A stretch of 64,000 bases of DNA. Origin: Camelus ferus. Lineage: Eukaryota. The stretch lies in NCBI RefSeq assembly GCF_009834535.1, contig NC_045713.1, forward strand, positions 29,078,001-29,142,000, in the 5' to 3' direction. Below are positions 11,941 to 25,129 of the stretch, in pieces; positions within the stretch are counted from its first letter, which is position 1; the number at the start of each line of letters is the position of its first letter. Under the pieces are notes generated by a model. The model did no database searches. It worked only from the letters and a program-made list of their open reading frames with translations, and was not told the origin of the DNA. The translations under genes were made by a program, and so were the position numbers.

Positions 11941-14900
11941 TTGAATACCAAAGTTCTTTACCATGCACGACAAGACAGACTGACACAGAATGGACTTTCA
12001 GCCGGGCTCCCTCCTTCCTCCTACTCAGAATCAGAAGCCCCGCAGCCGATGGGGGAGGGTCCCCAAGCCTTTAAGGCCCCCCACCACAAGATCTCTGCTC
12101 AGGGTCCCTCCCCAGGACACAGTCAGGCTGCCCTGGGCTCACATCAAGGCTCTGTCTTTCCCTTTCTTCTTTTATTCCTCCACCAGTCTCCCTACTCAGC
12201 ATTTGCCTACTGGGCGCCAGGCACCTGGCTACAAGGATGAAGGAGGTCCCGGCTCTGGGTAGCTTTTCTGAACCTCGGTTTCCTTATCTGAAAAATAGAT
12301 ACACTGCTTACTTCCTAGGGATTCTGTGACGAGCAGACGAGATGAGGTACAGAAAAGGCTTGTGATTTTTCTCTACACGGGTCATGTGAGCACATCTCCT
12401 TTCTTCCTCTGGATAGAAGGTTCTTGAAGATAGGGCCAAATCTTCGCTTTCCCTCAGATTTCCTCTTTATGATCCTTCCTCAGAAAAGTACACAGTGGGT
12501 ATTCTAGAGAGCAGATTCTGGCCCAGGGAATTGTCCCTCCTTGGGTGGGGGTGGAGAGTGAGGTGGTGGGGAGGGGAGTCCTCCTGGCAGAGAACATCAG
12601 CTAGAGTGTTTCCCCCAAGTGTTTAAACCACTGGGATTTAGACTTTAACACCACTGTGTGGGCAATCTGTGCACCCAACAGACGCTGGCTAGACTTCAGG
12701 GAGCTCTTCTGGTCAATGGCTCTGAGCTTGACCTTCAAGGCCCTTCTTGGGTAGGGAATGTTCTATCTTGCTAATATCCAACCAGGACTCTGCTCTAGAG
12801 ACAGGATAGTGGTAGAAGGAAACGGCTTTGTAGACAGAACCGTTTACACCCTCTCCCCTTCACTACTTCAGACTTTTCATTCTGATATTTCGGAGGTACT
12901 TTCCTCCATGCTGGACCAGTGTGCTTGGCAAAGGGGGCCACAGAGACTGGGAGAGACTCACCCCTCAGGAGCTCCTGTGATCCGTGGGGGAGATCAAACA
13001 AGTGACAATTACATTACCATGTGACAAAGGCTACGGCAGAGAAAGACTAGGGGGCTGTAGAAGGCCAGATGGAGGCCCCCCGACACGGCCCAGGGGTCAG
13101 GGAAGGCTTCCTGCAGGAGGTGAAGTTTCAGCTGAACCCTGAAAGAAGCCCAGAAATGGACCAAGCAGAGGAGGAGAGCCAGGCTTCGGGCCGAGTCAAG
13201 CCACTACTCCTCTCTGGAGGGCTCTGATTCGTTCTTGCATCTGACCCTCGTGGCCCAGCGCTAGCCTCCTATTTTTTGCTCGTCCTCTGGGGTTTCAAGC
13301 TCCTTGCCTGATCTTGGTTGGAACGGCTGGAGGGGCTCCACATGCCCTCCCTGGTTCATAGCTTGGGTCCTCCCTCTACGTCTGTCCCTTCTGAGTCTTA
13401 GCCTCCTGGGATAGTATAGTTTCATGCTGAAGAGCACGGGTAATGGGCCAGACTAGCTGGTGTGGGACCTTGGCACACTGCTGCCCACCTGCTAGTCCTT
13501 AGGTGCCCCATCCAGCCAATGGGGTGATAATAGGATTAGGGTACTACATGGCTGCTGTGGAGAATAAGCGATAGTCATCCAGTGCTAGAAGAGCGCCTGG
13601 CACTTAGGAATAATAGAATCAGCTTGCTGAATTCAACTCGGCAAAAGCACGCAGGGTTTGGTGAGAACAGTGAGCTGAGAGCGAGAAGAGGCCTGGGTCG
13701 GAATCCCAGCTGGGCACTTAAGAGGCTGCGTGGCCTCGGTTGGGGCAATTGACCTTTCGGGTGGGCCACGGTTTCCTTCTCCCTCAAATGAAGAGGTTGG
13801 GACTAAACCACATGCCTCTTTTCTGATGGGAAAGAACGTCTAAATTTCACACTGGGGGACACATTTATGGCCGTTTGGCAGAAATTAGTTCACAGAGTGA
13901 ATGCTTACCGGCATCGCAGGCTGATTTTTAATTAGCTGGTGGGAATTCAGTATACTTCAAACATTAACAGTAAAATATGGGAGACCTCTGGTGGAGACAA
14001 GCCATACCTTTGGGCTTAAACAAAAGCTGTATCCTTCACACACCAAACTGCCTGCTCTCTGTTTTTAACCTCTGGCGCTCAAATTGAGTATCAATAAACA
14101 TTTGGCGCTAGAACAACACTTCCAAAGCATATGATTTAAACTGATACCGTTAATGTGAAACTAAATCTTATCTGCTAACTCTGTATAATCCTATGCACCC
14201 AATCAGATGCCTATCTTTTAAATAACTAAGCTATGTTTCAAATGAGATAAAAATCAAGAATCTCAACTATTTCCCTCTCTGCGTTTTTCCTCCTTTTAAA
14301 AGTAAACTTGAACATGAACTACTCTATTAAATTCACGAAGAACAAAACAAGGAAGGGAACTCATTCATTCACCTTTCCTTTTACTTTAGTCTCTCAAGGT
14401 GGTGGGTCCTCACAGGCTTTTGAAGTGTATGTCGTAGTCAGCAGGGAAGTGCGTAAGCTGTGGGGTCAGAGGCACGTGAGAACATGGGGAGTCTGTCCTT
14501 CAGTGGGGCTGGACTACGTGGAACCAGGCAGCGAGGCCTGCTGGAGGGTGGGGCTGCAGAAGCTGGGGGCCCGTCAGAAAGGGCTGTTTATTAAAGCCAT
14601 ACCAAGGAGAGTAAACAGATGCCCAGAACCGAGGACTAAGGGAAGACCGTCATGGCAACTGAAGGTTTTGCCTGTAGTTACTTACTGAAACTTAATTCAG
14701 GAATTTAATTGAAAGTCTATAATTAAGACCCCGTCTGGAACTTACACATAAAACAAGCGCTTATTAAGGATATGAGAAAAAAACTGACAAGATTCCCCAA
14801 TCGTTTATTTATAATTCAACAAATATTTACTGTGCATCTGCTACATGCCCAGCACCATCCCAGGTACTAAGGATGCAGGGGGTGAAAAAGAAGGTCCCCG

Positions 14901-15043
14901 CCTTCATGCAGCTCACAGTCTGGTGGGTGCAGACAGACCATAAACAAATAAGTGAAATAAACCTATTAGTATACCTTGTGCTCGCACAATGGGAAGGCGG
15001 TGTTTCACCTGCCTACAAAGAAACTCTTCAAAAGCTCACTTGC

Positions 15044-15164
15044 GGGTATAGCCCAAGTGGTAGAGTACATGCTCAGCATGCACGAGGTCCTGGGTTCAAT
15101 CCTCAGTACCTCCTCTAAAAAAATAAAATATTAAAAAACCTAATTACCTCCCCCCAAACAAAAC
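15044..15164 (+). mobile_element. vic-1-type SINE, copy 2
   Basis: gggtatagcccaagtggtagagtacatgctcagcatgcacgaggtcctgggttcaatcc, then the tail motif cctaattacctccccc. 14-bp TSD aaaag(c/t)tca(c/t)ttgc at 15030-15043 and 15165-15178. Confidence 0.9.
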
Positions 15165-16499
15165 AAAAGTTCATTTGCAAATCTTGCAAACAGATTATTC
15201 CAAAGTTCCACTCGCAAATGCCCATCTGCGCAAACTTCAAGTAACAACAGTTGAAATTCATTGAGTATTATTAAAATAATCAATAGCTCAATAAAACTCA
15301 GTAAAAAAAAGAACCCCAAAGTGCCTGGCCCTGTGCTAAGCACTTGAAACAATCCAATGAAGAAGGTACAAATATCTACAGGTTACAGACGAGAAAAGTG
15401 AGGCCCCGCCAGAGTTATTCAGGGCTCGAGGGTGTGAGGCTATGTTATCAGTAAGGTCAATTCCCAGGACCCCAGGCAGGAAACAGCCACAGTGAGGTCC
15501 AAGATCCTCCATACACATGAAGCCACTTAAAACCAAACTTCAATTTCATGAAAAGACTGTGTGGGTCACACCCTACACTAAGCTACATGAATCCGGACCA
15601 GCCGGGGAAACAGCATTTGACTGTCTGTGCTCACACAGCGGCTTTTAGACCAAGAGCCAAGTGACTTCACTTTGGCTGAGCTGTGTGAACGTCATTGCCT
15701 TTGGCTGTTTTGGTGATTTCTTGGCAGAGGAAATCCACCAACAGGGAGAGAAAGGGAAAGGTTAAGAGAGACAGAAATTTGGCAGGATGGTAGGAGGGAG
15801 TAATAGGTGGCAAGGAAGCCCGGACTCCGAGAAGCTGAGCGCCCCGCACACCTACCTCTTTGCTAGTGTGGTTGGCGCTGAAAACCCTGCGCCTTCCTGA
15901 GTGTGACGCACAGAGCACGTTTGCAGGGCTAGGATGCCAGGAATCAAATTAGGCAAAAGCAAGGCAAAGAAAAGGCGGACACTGCTTTCTTCACGTGGGA
16001 GCTAGTCAGGCTGACCACTAGGAAATAAGAATAGACCACAGGCTGAGGAAAGGAGGAGACGGCTAGGCTGCGGAGGTCTGCCTGGACGCTGGGCAGGGGC
16101 CAGGGCTCTAAGCTCCAGGTGCAGCTCTGGCTGAATGAGAATCACAGGTCCCACTGTTTCTACTCCCTGCCACATGCCAGGTGCTGACACCCAAGGCGGG
16201 CTCTGGCCTCCACTTTCCCATTTGTAAATCGGGTGGTAACAGCCCTTAGCTCCCAAGCACTGGAGAATAAATGGGCAGAGGGTCAGTGCCCAGTCAACAC
16301 CACTAATCCTGTTATAGCTTCACTGCTTCACCTGCTCTGAGGCCACAGGTGAGAGCACCTGAGGCTCAGAGGGTGAAATCACCGAGCCAGGATTCTGAAA
16401 GACTCCAAAGCCTGTGCTGTCCCCGTTTCCTGGCGTTAGCCCCGCCAGTCAGACAGTGCTGCCTTACAGGACTTTCTGCGTTGCTGGACGTGCCCTTCA

Positions 16500-16710
16500 T
16501 ATGTGCTGTCTATCATGGGCGCTACCAGCCACGTGAGGCTATTTAAATGAAAATAAAATGAAGTTTTTCATTCTCTCTCATGCTAGCCACATGTAGCTGC
16601 TGAGCACCTGAAACGTGGCTAGTGTGACTGATAGACAGAATCTTTAGCTTTGCTTAATGTTATTTTCATTATTTAAAATCTAGATAGTCAGGTGTGCCCA
16701 TGGCTAGAGG
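16500..16710. mobile_element. MER3/MER33-like hAT-Charlie fragment
   Basis: ctaccagccacgtgaggctatttaaat...gctagccacatgtagctgctgagcacctgaaacgtggctagtgtgactg. Confidence 0.7.
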
Positions 16711-17806
16711 GACCCCAAGAGAAAGCACAGAGCTGATCACATATGAGACTGTGGGAAACTGCCCCGGTTCATTTCTGGCCAGGAACTCCGACTGAGAATG
16801 AGTTTTCTCAGGAAAGCTTGGGGACAAGAGGCAGTGTGACCCATGCTGGAGATGGGCACTCCCTGACCTGGAAGGACTGGGGTGCTCCGGCCACCTGCGT
16901 TCTGGGCTCCCGGCTCACTCAAAGTGGGAGCCCAGTGCCCACGAGTCACCTTAGCTGCCACTGCCCCTGCAGATCCTGCAGAGGACACGTCCCGCACAGC
17001 TGCTCTGCAGCACCAGGGACACCAGGGCCAACGGGCACTGCATTTTCATCTCGCGTCTGGGCAGGGGTTCCTCATGGGCCACCTGCTTCTTTGAAGCCAG
17101 GCCTCCCAGGGTAAGCAGGGTCTGGCATTCATTGCCTGGCTTTCTCCACATTCTGTGGGGCCGGGCACAGCATAGGGGCAGGAAAGGCTCATGGAACGAA
17201 CAGGCTGGAAAGTTACTCCCACTCATCTGCCACTTGGAAGGGAAGGGTCATACAAATGAAAAAGCTGCAGCTCAGCCACATTGACTTGGGTGGGAGCCAG
17301 GGTGGCTCACAGGGAGGGCCACTGATGGTCTGGGCATCTGGGCATCGGTGGTCAGTGCAGGCCTCAGGACTCCAGACTCGGGGTGGGGCTGGGAGGGCCT
17401 AGGGACTCGTGCTTTGGAGACCTGTCAGAGCCCAGGCAGCTTTACAGGTGGTCACACGGAGGCTCAGTGCTCAGGAGTCTTTGTGAAGAAGCTGCAGCCA
17501 GGCCCACTCTCCTTACTGAGGAGCCTGACAGTTCTCCCAGGAGGAGGGGACATAGAGCTGCCTGGTGGCAATTTAGAACATGAGGCTGAGCGCCCCTTGG
17601 TCCTCCCGCCCCGCTGGGCCCGGGCACACACCTACATGCTCGCCAGCATGCAGGCTCACCTGGCCCTTCTGTGGAGAAGGGCTGGGCAGGACCTGATTTC
17701 TGGTGCTCCACCTTCTCCCCAAACCAGCTTTTTTTTGAGGGGTGGGCACTGAGCACATTTCTGTTAAGTCTCAAGCCTGCCACGGAGGCCTAATTAAACC
17801 TTATGG

Positions 17807-17983
17807 CAGTGGCACCCAAACTTTGTTGCACGTGGAGTCACTTCGGGATCTTTAAACTCACTGATGCGGCTCCCACCCCTGCCCTGCACATCTGATCTCA
17901 CTGGTATGGGGTGTGACTGGGCACTGGGATTCTTAAAAGCTCTCCAGGTGACTCAACTCTGCAGCAAAGTTTGCAGACCACTG
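17807..17983. mobile_element. MER5A-like hAT-Charlie MITE
   Basis: Inverted termini cagtggcacccaaacttt... and ...aaagtttgcagaccactg; degenerate 8-bp TSD ccttatgg/ccttccag. Confidence 0.8.
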
Positions 17984-18689
17984 CCTTCCAGCATCAACTG
18001 ACGAGGGAGACACCCCCCCATCCCCCTGATGCAGCTGAGGAGACAGACTTGGCCAAGACCACACACTGACCAATAGTGAACCCAGCCTTGATGAAGAGGC
18101 TTATGATCTTGCTATTAAAATGCAAGGAACTTGCAGCCCATCATTAATTCAAAGCAAAACAAGTCACGAAATCCTTTTCTTCATCTTGCTCTGAGACACT
18201 GGGGTAAGATGTTTCAGGCCCCTCACAAAACAGATGTCCAACAGGGCCGGAAAGCTAATGAGGTTCTCAGCGTATGCTGAAAAAACATCAGTAAATACAT
18301 GGGGCTGTAATGCCATCCCAGGTCTGATGGATTGCTTCCGGCGTCCTCAGAGTTAATTAGAAGGGCCCTGAACTCAGTCCTATATGTCAGCACTCTTTGC
18401 CATTAATGATTCAGGTAAAGAAAGACGTAAAATAATAGGGCAGGGAATGAAATTAATTGAGCTAAGCCTTTTAAAAATATTTCTGATACATCAGATTCTA
18501 ATTAAAGACTAACACACACACAATGGAAATATTAAAAGGCACTTACAGAGGCCCCCAGAACACAGGGAGGGACAGTGAAATCTGTCAAGGGTGAAGGCAC
18601 TGATTAAATCCTTCAGATAAGGGAATTGGTAAGTGATGAGAGGCATTTACTTATAGCTGTGATTTAAATAAATCAGGAAAACAGCCCTT

Positions 18690-19490
18690 GGTTACTCACC
18701 CAGCTGCCTACACTGGTACAGTCTTTCTGGAGGGAAACTTGGCAATAAGTAAAGGAAATCTTTCCGCTGAGCTTGAACCTGCAAGTCCTCTTCTAAAATT
18801 GTACGCTACGGCCTCACGGAGATCAGCTACAGGGAAGCTCACACTGGGGAGGAGAGTGCAGTGCGTGTGTGTGCGTGTGTAAGCGTGTGCGTGTGTGTGT
18901 GTGTGTGTTTGTAGGAGGAGAGGGCTTAAGTAGGGAAAAACTCATGGATAAGGGGAAGCTAATTGGGAGACTCTCGTGATGGGGTGTTATACAAGCAGTT
19001 TTAAAAAATGCTGTTAAAATAGCGTTTCCTACACTTCAGTCATTTCATTAACCACCCTCAGAATTTTTCCATGGTTGTACCACCATCTGTACCATTTATT
19101 TGTTAGTTTCCTTAAGTTTGTCCCTCCCTTCTACCTTTATTTTAAAGGGAAACTTTGTATCATTTATATAAGAGCATCATCTGTCAATAGAGGACATAAC
19201 CATTTATATGCACAAAATATTCACACACCCACCACCAAAAACCATCTCAGGCACCCCCTCTTGAAAAGCCTGCTGAGATGAACGGCTGATGAGGCCTGAC
19301 ATGAAAAATGAAGGTTACCAAACAGCATGCACAGAAAGACCTCGTTTCTATAAAACAAACACGTGGCTGTCTCTGGGTTACAGTACACTTCTAAGTGACT
19401 TTTAAAATGCTTATCTCTATTTTCTAAATTTTCCACAGTGAACTAGTAACACTTTAATAATCAAAAAAAAAATTTATAAACACTTCAGTG
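18690..19490 (+). mobile_element. Old L1ME fragments interrupted by a (TG)n repeat
   Basis: acagtctttctggagggaaacttggcaata...gaacctgcaagtcctcttcta; tgcttatctctattttctaaattttccacagtgaactagtaacactttaataatc. Confidence 0.55.
18864..18908. repeat. (TG/CG)n compound microsatellite
   Basis: gcgtgtgtgtgcgtgtgtaagcgtgtgcgtgtgtgtgtgtgtgt. Confidence 0.9.
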
Positions 19491-19909
19491 GTCCTCTGTT
19501 TCTCCCATGGGTCCCCACGTGCTTCCTGGAGATTAGGTCTGGAAGGATACAGGCCCAAATGGAACTGGGTTACTTCTGGGGAAGTGGGAAGGAAGGGCCA
19601 AGGGAGAAGGGCATGAATTATTTAAGTTTTGTTTCCATACAAGGACAGCATATTTGTACAGTATTTGTGTAATCAGAAGTTAATGAACAACATTAACTTC
19701 TATAGAGAAGGCCCCATTTGGTGCCAATCTTATGCCACTGCCATGCTCTTGGCCCCTGTCTTGCTTGATCATTGAGAGGTGTGTGGCCAACGGCCAGGCC
19801 TCTGCTTGGGGAATGCTCCTGCCTGCCACATGGCTCACTCATTCCCACCAAGATAGAGCTGGCTGTGCAGAGAAGCCAGGGGTCGTTGAGGTGAAGATGG
19901 GCGGAGGGA

Positions 19910-20347
19910 CAAAAAAGAATAAAATAATGCCATCTGCAGCAACATGGGTGGACCTGGAAATTGTCATATGAAGTGAAGTAAGCCAGACAGAGAAAGAAAA
20001 ATACCACGTGAGATCACTTATATGTGGAATCTAAAAGGATGACACAAATGAACTTATTTAAAAACAGAAGCAGACTCACAGACACAGAAAACAAGCTTAC
20101 GGTTACCAGAGGGGAAGGGGGTGGGAAGGGATAAATCGGGGGTTTGAGATTTACAGATACTAACTACTATACATAAAATAGATAAACAACAAGGTCCTAC
20201 TGTTCAGCACAGGGAACTATATTCAATACCTTGTAGTAACCTATAATAAAAAAGAATATGAAAAGGAATATATGTAGATACATGTATGACTCAAACATTA
20301 TGCTGTACACCAGAAATTGACACAACATTGTAAACTGACTATACTTC

Positions 20348-20381
<34 letters not shown>
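19910..20381 (+). mobile_element. 5'-truncated artiodactyl-type L1 (ORF2 C-terminus, 3'UTR and poly(A))
   Basis: Encodes NKIMPSAATWVDLEIVI*SEVSQTEKEKYH, the typical L1 ORF2 end, with one stop. The 3'UTR contains gtcctactgttcagcacagggaactatattcaatacc. About 32 A's follow, and the TSD core AAGATGGGC is at 19894-19902 and 20382-20390. Confidence 0.93.
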
Positions 20382-20385
<4 letters not shown>

Positions 20386-22929
20386 TGGGCAGTGGGGAGA
20401 GCCCCAGACCCACAATGAGAACACCATGTGGCCGGGCTGGGATTTGGAGCCCACGCAGCCTAGATCCCTCACGGGGGTTTTTTCTTGTCCTTTCTTGTTC
20501 ATTCTCCACTCTCCTTTCTGCTACTTGTTGCCCTTCCTGTCTCTCTGCTCTCTGGTTTTTGCTCTTAAAGCACAGCCTAGAAAAGGCAGGCTTTCCATGT
20601 TCCATAACATTACCGCCCACTTTTTCCTGCTATTTACATCAAAGATCCCAAGCTTACACATTTGAAACCGAATGTCATTTCAAAGATTACCAACTTAAAA
20701 AAAAAAAAAAAAAAACGATCAGCAACTGTTCAAAGAAGAAACAAGTCATGGAAAATCTGACTTTCATTCTTGTGCTGCCTGATCACACCTCCCAAGAAGA
20801 AAGTAGAAACTTCAAAGGCATCCCGGGTACTGAGGGAGCCCAGAACTGTGAAAGGTTACTTGCTTTCTCGTGGCTGAGCCACTGGGGGAAAACTTTTTCC
20901 ACCCCTGACCAGGGGCGGTGTGTTTAAAGGCTCACGGCCCCTTTAAATTGGCCCCTACTTCTTCACAATAGTGATGACTGGATTCATTCTACAGACTTTA
21001 TTGATTGAAATATGATTTATGTAAAATTCAAGCAAGTTCATTTACCACATTTGAGTTATACTGTGAATTGCATGGCAGAGGCGATAGGGAAATGAGAGCA
21101 GGCAGGTCTGGGCAGTGGAGGCCCCGACAGGCATGCAGGGGCCCAAAGGGAAAAAGGGAAAGATTCTAAAGAACTCAGATGCTAACAGAACACACGAGGT
21201 CAGTTCTCAGGAAGGGAAACACCGGGTGTATGCAGCCAGCTGTGGTAACCAAGAGTTGGACTGGGGGTTGGGTGGGCGAGGCAGTGCCTGCAAATGCCTC
21301 AAACTTCAGAGGGTGAGATCTCCTGCAGGACTCAGCTGCCCCCGCCAGAGCAGCTGGTGCCTAGAGGGCCCGTTAAGCCACAAGAGCACGTCTGCCTCCT
21401 CCCCCAAACCCTGCACTTGTACGTGAAGCCTGGCCTTCGTGGAGGGCAGGGGCCTCCAGACTGTTTACTGTAATCACACGGGAGGGCTGGAAACTTCTCA
21501 GGCAAGGCCTGACTGGGACAGGAGCGGAGCTTCTGGGTCAAGCCCGTGGAATCCCTGACTCACATCACCTTTCAGTTTCCCTTTGAGCCCCCGGAGGGTG
21601 CACCTGCTGTCACCAAAAGGTGACACAGCAGCAGGGCCTGTTACGAGGTGGTTCATTAGGACACAGGCTGGGAGGGGCCCCTCAGAGCCAGCAAGCACCC
21701 CGGAGAAAAGGCTGACGCCGGGCATCACTTAGAAGACCGGGGTCAGTCCTGCTTCCTAATGCCGCCGTGACAAAGGAGGACCGAACTAGACTGCCGTGCC
21801 CGGCGTGGCCGAGGAGACCTGCCTGACTATCCAAAGACACTCACCCCCACCCCCTGCCTCTCCAATGGGTCATAAGGCCAAGGACCCTCTCTACCTGCTG
21901 GGCCCTCGGCCCCATCCCTGCAGCCTGCTTTGGTTCATGGTATCATCCTCTCACTCCAGGTCCAAGGGAAGGTGCCATCCACCAGTTGCCCGCCTCCAGT
22001 CTTGCTACCTCACTGTCACCCATGAGTGGCCGTGGCTGTGGCAGGACCTTTCTGTAGCACACATCCCAGTGTGTCACACCTGTGCTCAAGGCACAGCTTT
22101 TCCTTCCTCTTGAGGGACCTCCTTGACCCTGCAACACCCTCCACACACTCTGCCCTCCCACCCTCCACTCAGTCCTGTGCACACCCGCCCCTCCATCCAT
22201 CTGTGCCCTCTGCCTGGTGGACTTCCACTCACCCCTGAGGCCTGGCTGATATTTACTTCTTGAAAAATGAGTTTACTTTGCTCCAAGAGGTATGTATTTG
22301 GTGGCTTCTCACTGCCAGGAAGCACGGCCACAGAGAAAAAAGCCCGCCTTCCACCCAGGGGAGCAGAACAGAAAGAGACAACCAAGTCTGGGCAAAATCA
22401 CCCAAGTGTCCGGGGTGGGGGGGCATGCTCCATGGCCTGCGGCCCCAGATGCCTGCGGTTTATTTGGTTGAGCACCACACACTGTGTTGGCTGGTCATCA
22501 GGAGGCCGCAACGCACTCAAAATACACATTTTTGAGACCTGGATGCCTACTGGCTGAGGAACACTGGCTTCCTTCTCGAGAGGCTCTGACTCCGGGGCCC
22601 AGGTGCTCAACGAGGGATGGCAGGAAAGGGCTGCTCAATCCAAGTTGGGCCGCCGCCTCTCTCCCTCTCTCTGCTTTGCTGAGCAGGTCTAGCTGAACTC
22701 ATGTGAGATAAAGGTGCATTCTGGGCAATGCCCCCAAAACTGCACAGGGTTGGGGGTAGGGGGAACTCAGGAGACTGAGAATCCCAGGATGGATCTGGAG
22801 GGATGGTCCAGGCGAAGACGGTCCTTGTCCTGGCTCCTCCTGCTCCTTGGGCACCTCAGCACCCTGCCTCCTGGCCTGTCTCCCTCTGGACTGGGGACAG
22901 TCATGACAATGAGGACAATAATGACAGAT

Positions 22930-23145
22930 GACAGGTACTGGGCCTTATATTATGAGCCAGGCACTGGACCAGACCTTCTATGGTATATTAAATAATTTAA
23001 TTCTCACAACAACCCTGTTGTACAGATGAGGACATTCCTGTCCACAGAGTTTCAGGAACTTGTCCAAGGTCATGGAGCTAACAGACAACAGACTTGGTGC
23101 TCGAACCCTGATGTATCCTGACACGGGAGCCCCCACTCTTACCAC
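22930..23145 (-). mobile_element. MIR SINE
   Basis: gagccaggcactgg...tttaattctcacaacaaccctg...acagatgaggac...aacttgtccaaggtca. Confidence 0.8.
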
Positions 23146-25129
23146 TGGGCTCGGAACAAAAGACAGGAAGGAAAAAGAAAAAAAGGAAACCAAAAGTTTT
23201 TGGGGTGAGAACAGAAATCAAATTTGTATTTGCACATCAACTTTCAAGGATTTTCAAAGAAATGCTGGAAATGCCTGTGAGCCAGGGATGGTTTAAGCAT
23301 GTTTTTAGAGCACTCACTCCCAATCAAGACAGAGGGCTCTTGAAAGTCAGGCCCAAGCAGACCCTCAGGGAGTCCATGCAGGCTGGTGAGGAAGCATCCT
23401 GACCAAGCAAGCGCATGGCAGTTGGGGGTGCCACTGCTTAGACCTGCCCCCAGGGGTTCAGAGCACCCCTGCTGAGACACGCCTTCCCCCCCGCAGAGAG
23501 AAGTGGGGTGCTGCTTTAGAAGTGACAACTCTGGCCCCGCCTTCGCTGTAGCTGCGTTACCACAAGCCTAGCAGGTCATTTTGCGGCCTCAGTCGTAGAA
23601 CTCTGGTCACATTTCATAGAAGCCTGCTGTGTTTCAGGCTCTGTGCTCAGGGCCTTCCTGACAAGTCTCATTTTCCAGATGAAGGGAAGCTCAGACTCCT
23701 GTTCAGTGTTGTTGCAAAGTCACCCAGCTGACCAGCGGCAGAGCAGGCTTGAGGGCTGGGGGGCTGGCCTTCGGGGCACACGGCCCACCCCGTGCCTCTT
23801 CCTGCCGCGGTGCCAGGGCCCCTCCCCATGTGGTGCCCGTGCCTCCTGACAGCCCTGCAGAGGTGGGTGGGAAGCTCTGAGACCTAGGGTTGTGGGGAGG
23901 CAGAAGCCGCCAGGAAGCACAGCTCAGCCCGCCCCAAGTGGCTGGGCCGGAATTCCAGCCTCCAGAGGCGTGCTCTTGCCTCTCGGTCCAGCTCTCTCAG
24001 ACCCGGGAGCATCCCTAAAAGCGGGTCTTCTTCATCGAGGTGCTGACGCTGAAGAGGCCAGTGAGCTTTGACTGAAAGCCACACACAACTTCCCTTTCAC
24101 CCTCTGGAATAAGTGGTATCTGTCTCTATACCACTTAACAATCTTTTGTGTCTTTTAATAGAAGCAGTTCACAGTGTTGAGTTGGGGCAGATATAAACAC
24201 AGGAGGGAAAACCGTGTGACTCAGGGCTTCACTGAGAAAGCAGGTTGCGAGCTTTTAGAAACAAAATCCATGGGAGCCTCCTAAGACACAGCACAGACAC
24301 GGATTCCGTGGTAGTGGGGCAGGGTGGGCAGGTGGTGGGGAGTTACTGGAAGAGTTACTGGAAGAGATGGAGTAATAAAATGGTCTGTGGCAGAGAGGCA
24401 GAGGCTCATGGCACTATCTGAGATGCCCACCTACATCACACTGCTTCCCGAGGACATCTGCCGTGTGAGAATTCCAGTTTGAGTCCCCCATGGTCTCCTT
24501 TCTGACCAACCCCTAAGAATCACTCAGTGACTCCACAAACATGGGAAAAAGAGGAAACATTTTTAAGGCTCTTCTTCAAGGTAAGAGAATGTCGAGTTAC
24601 TGGTGGGACTATGGTGCAGGTCCCCTTCTGTGGTTCTTCTGACGAACCAGAATACACACAGGGGATGTGCTGTTTCATGAGATGGAGATTTATTTGGCAG
24701 AGAATCATATAACTTAGCCAGCATATTTCTGGCACTATTTTAAAATAAACAACTGCCAAGCAGAGGGTTGGGAATGTCTAAACAGATATTCCGAGTGTGA
24801 AGGATGGTGGCAGTTTGAGAGGACACAGCTGTGTGTCCTCTGAGCACACTTGAAGGAGGCAGGAATTCCAAGTGCCGGAAGTCCTCTTTGGCACTTCCTT
24901 GATGAGCAAAGATAGGGATGGGAAAAAAAGGAGCAGAGCCGGGTCAGTTGGTTTGGGTGGCGCCTCGAGGGGCCGGGCGGGCTGAATCCGAGCAGGGAGC
25001 TGAGCCCACGGCTTCTCAGCAGAGCTGTCCTGCTGTGCTCACCAGCCTGGCCGCCTGGGGTCTGGAAGGAGGAATTCCTCCAGCTCCCTCTGACTACTTA
25101 ACCAGGCTGACAGTGCTCGGCAGATAGAT

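Noticed and set aside
15655-15677. Small inverted repeat AGCCAAGTGA-CT-TCACTTTGGCT
   Set aside because: A stem of about 10 bp is too short for a pre-miRNA and within chance expectation for 64 kb.
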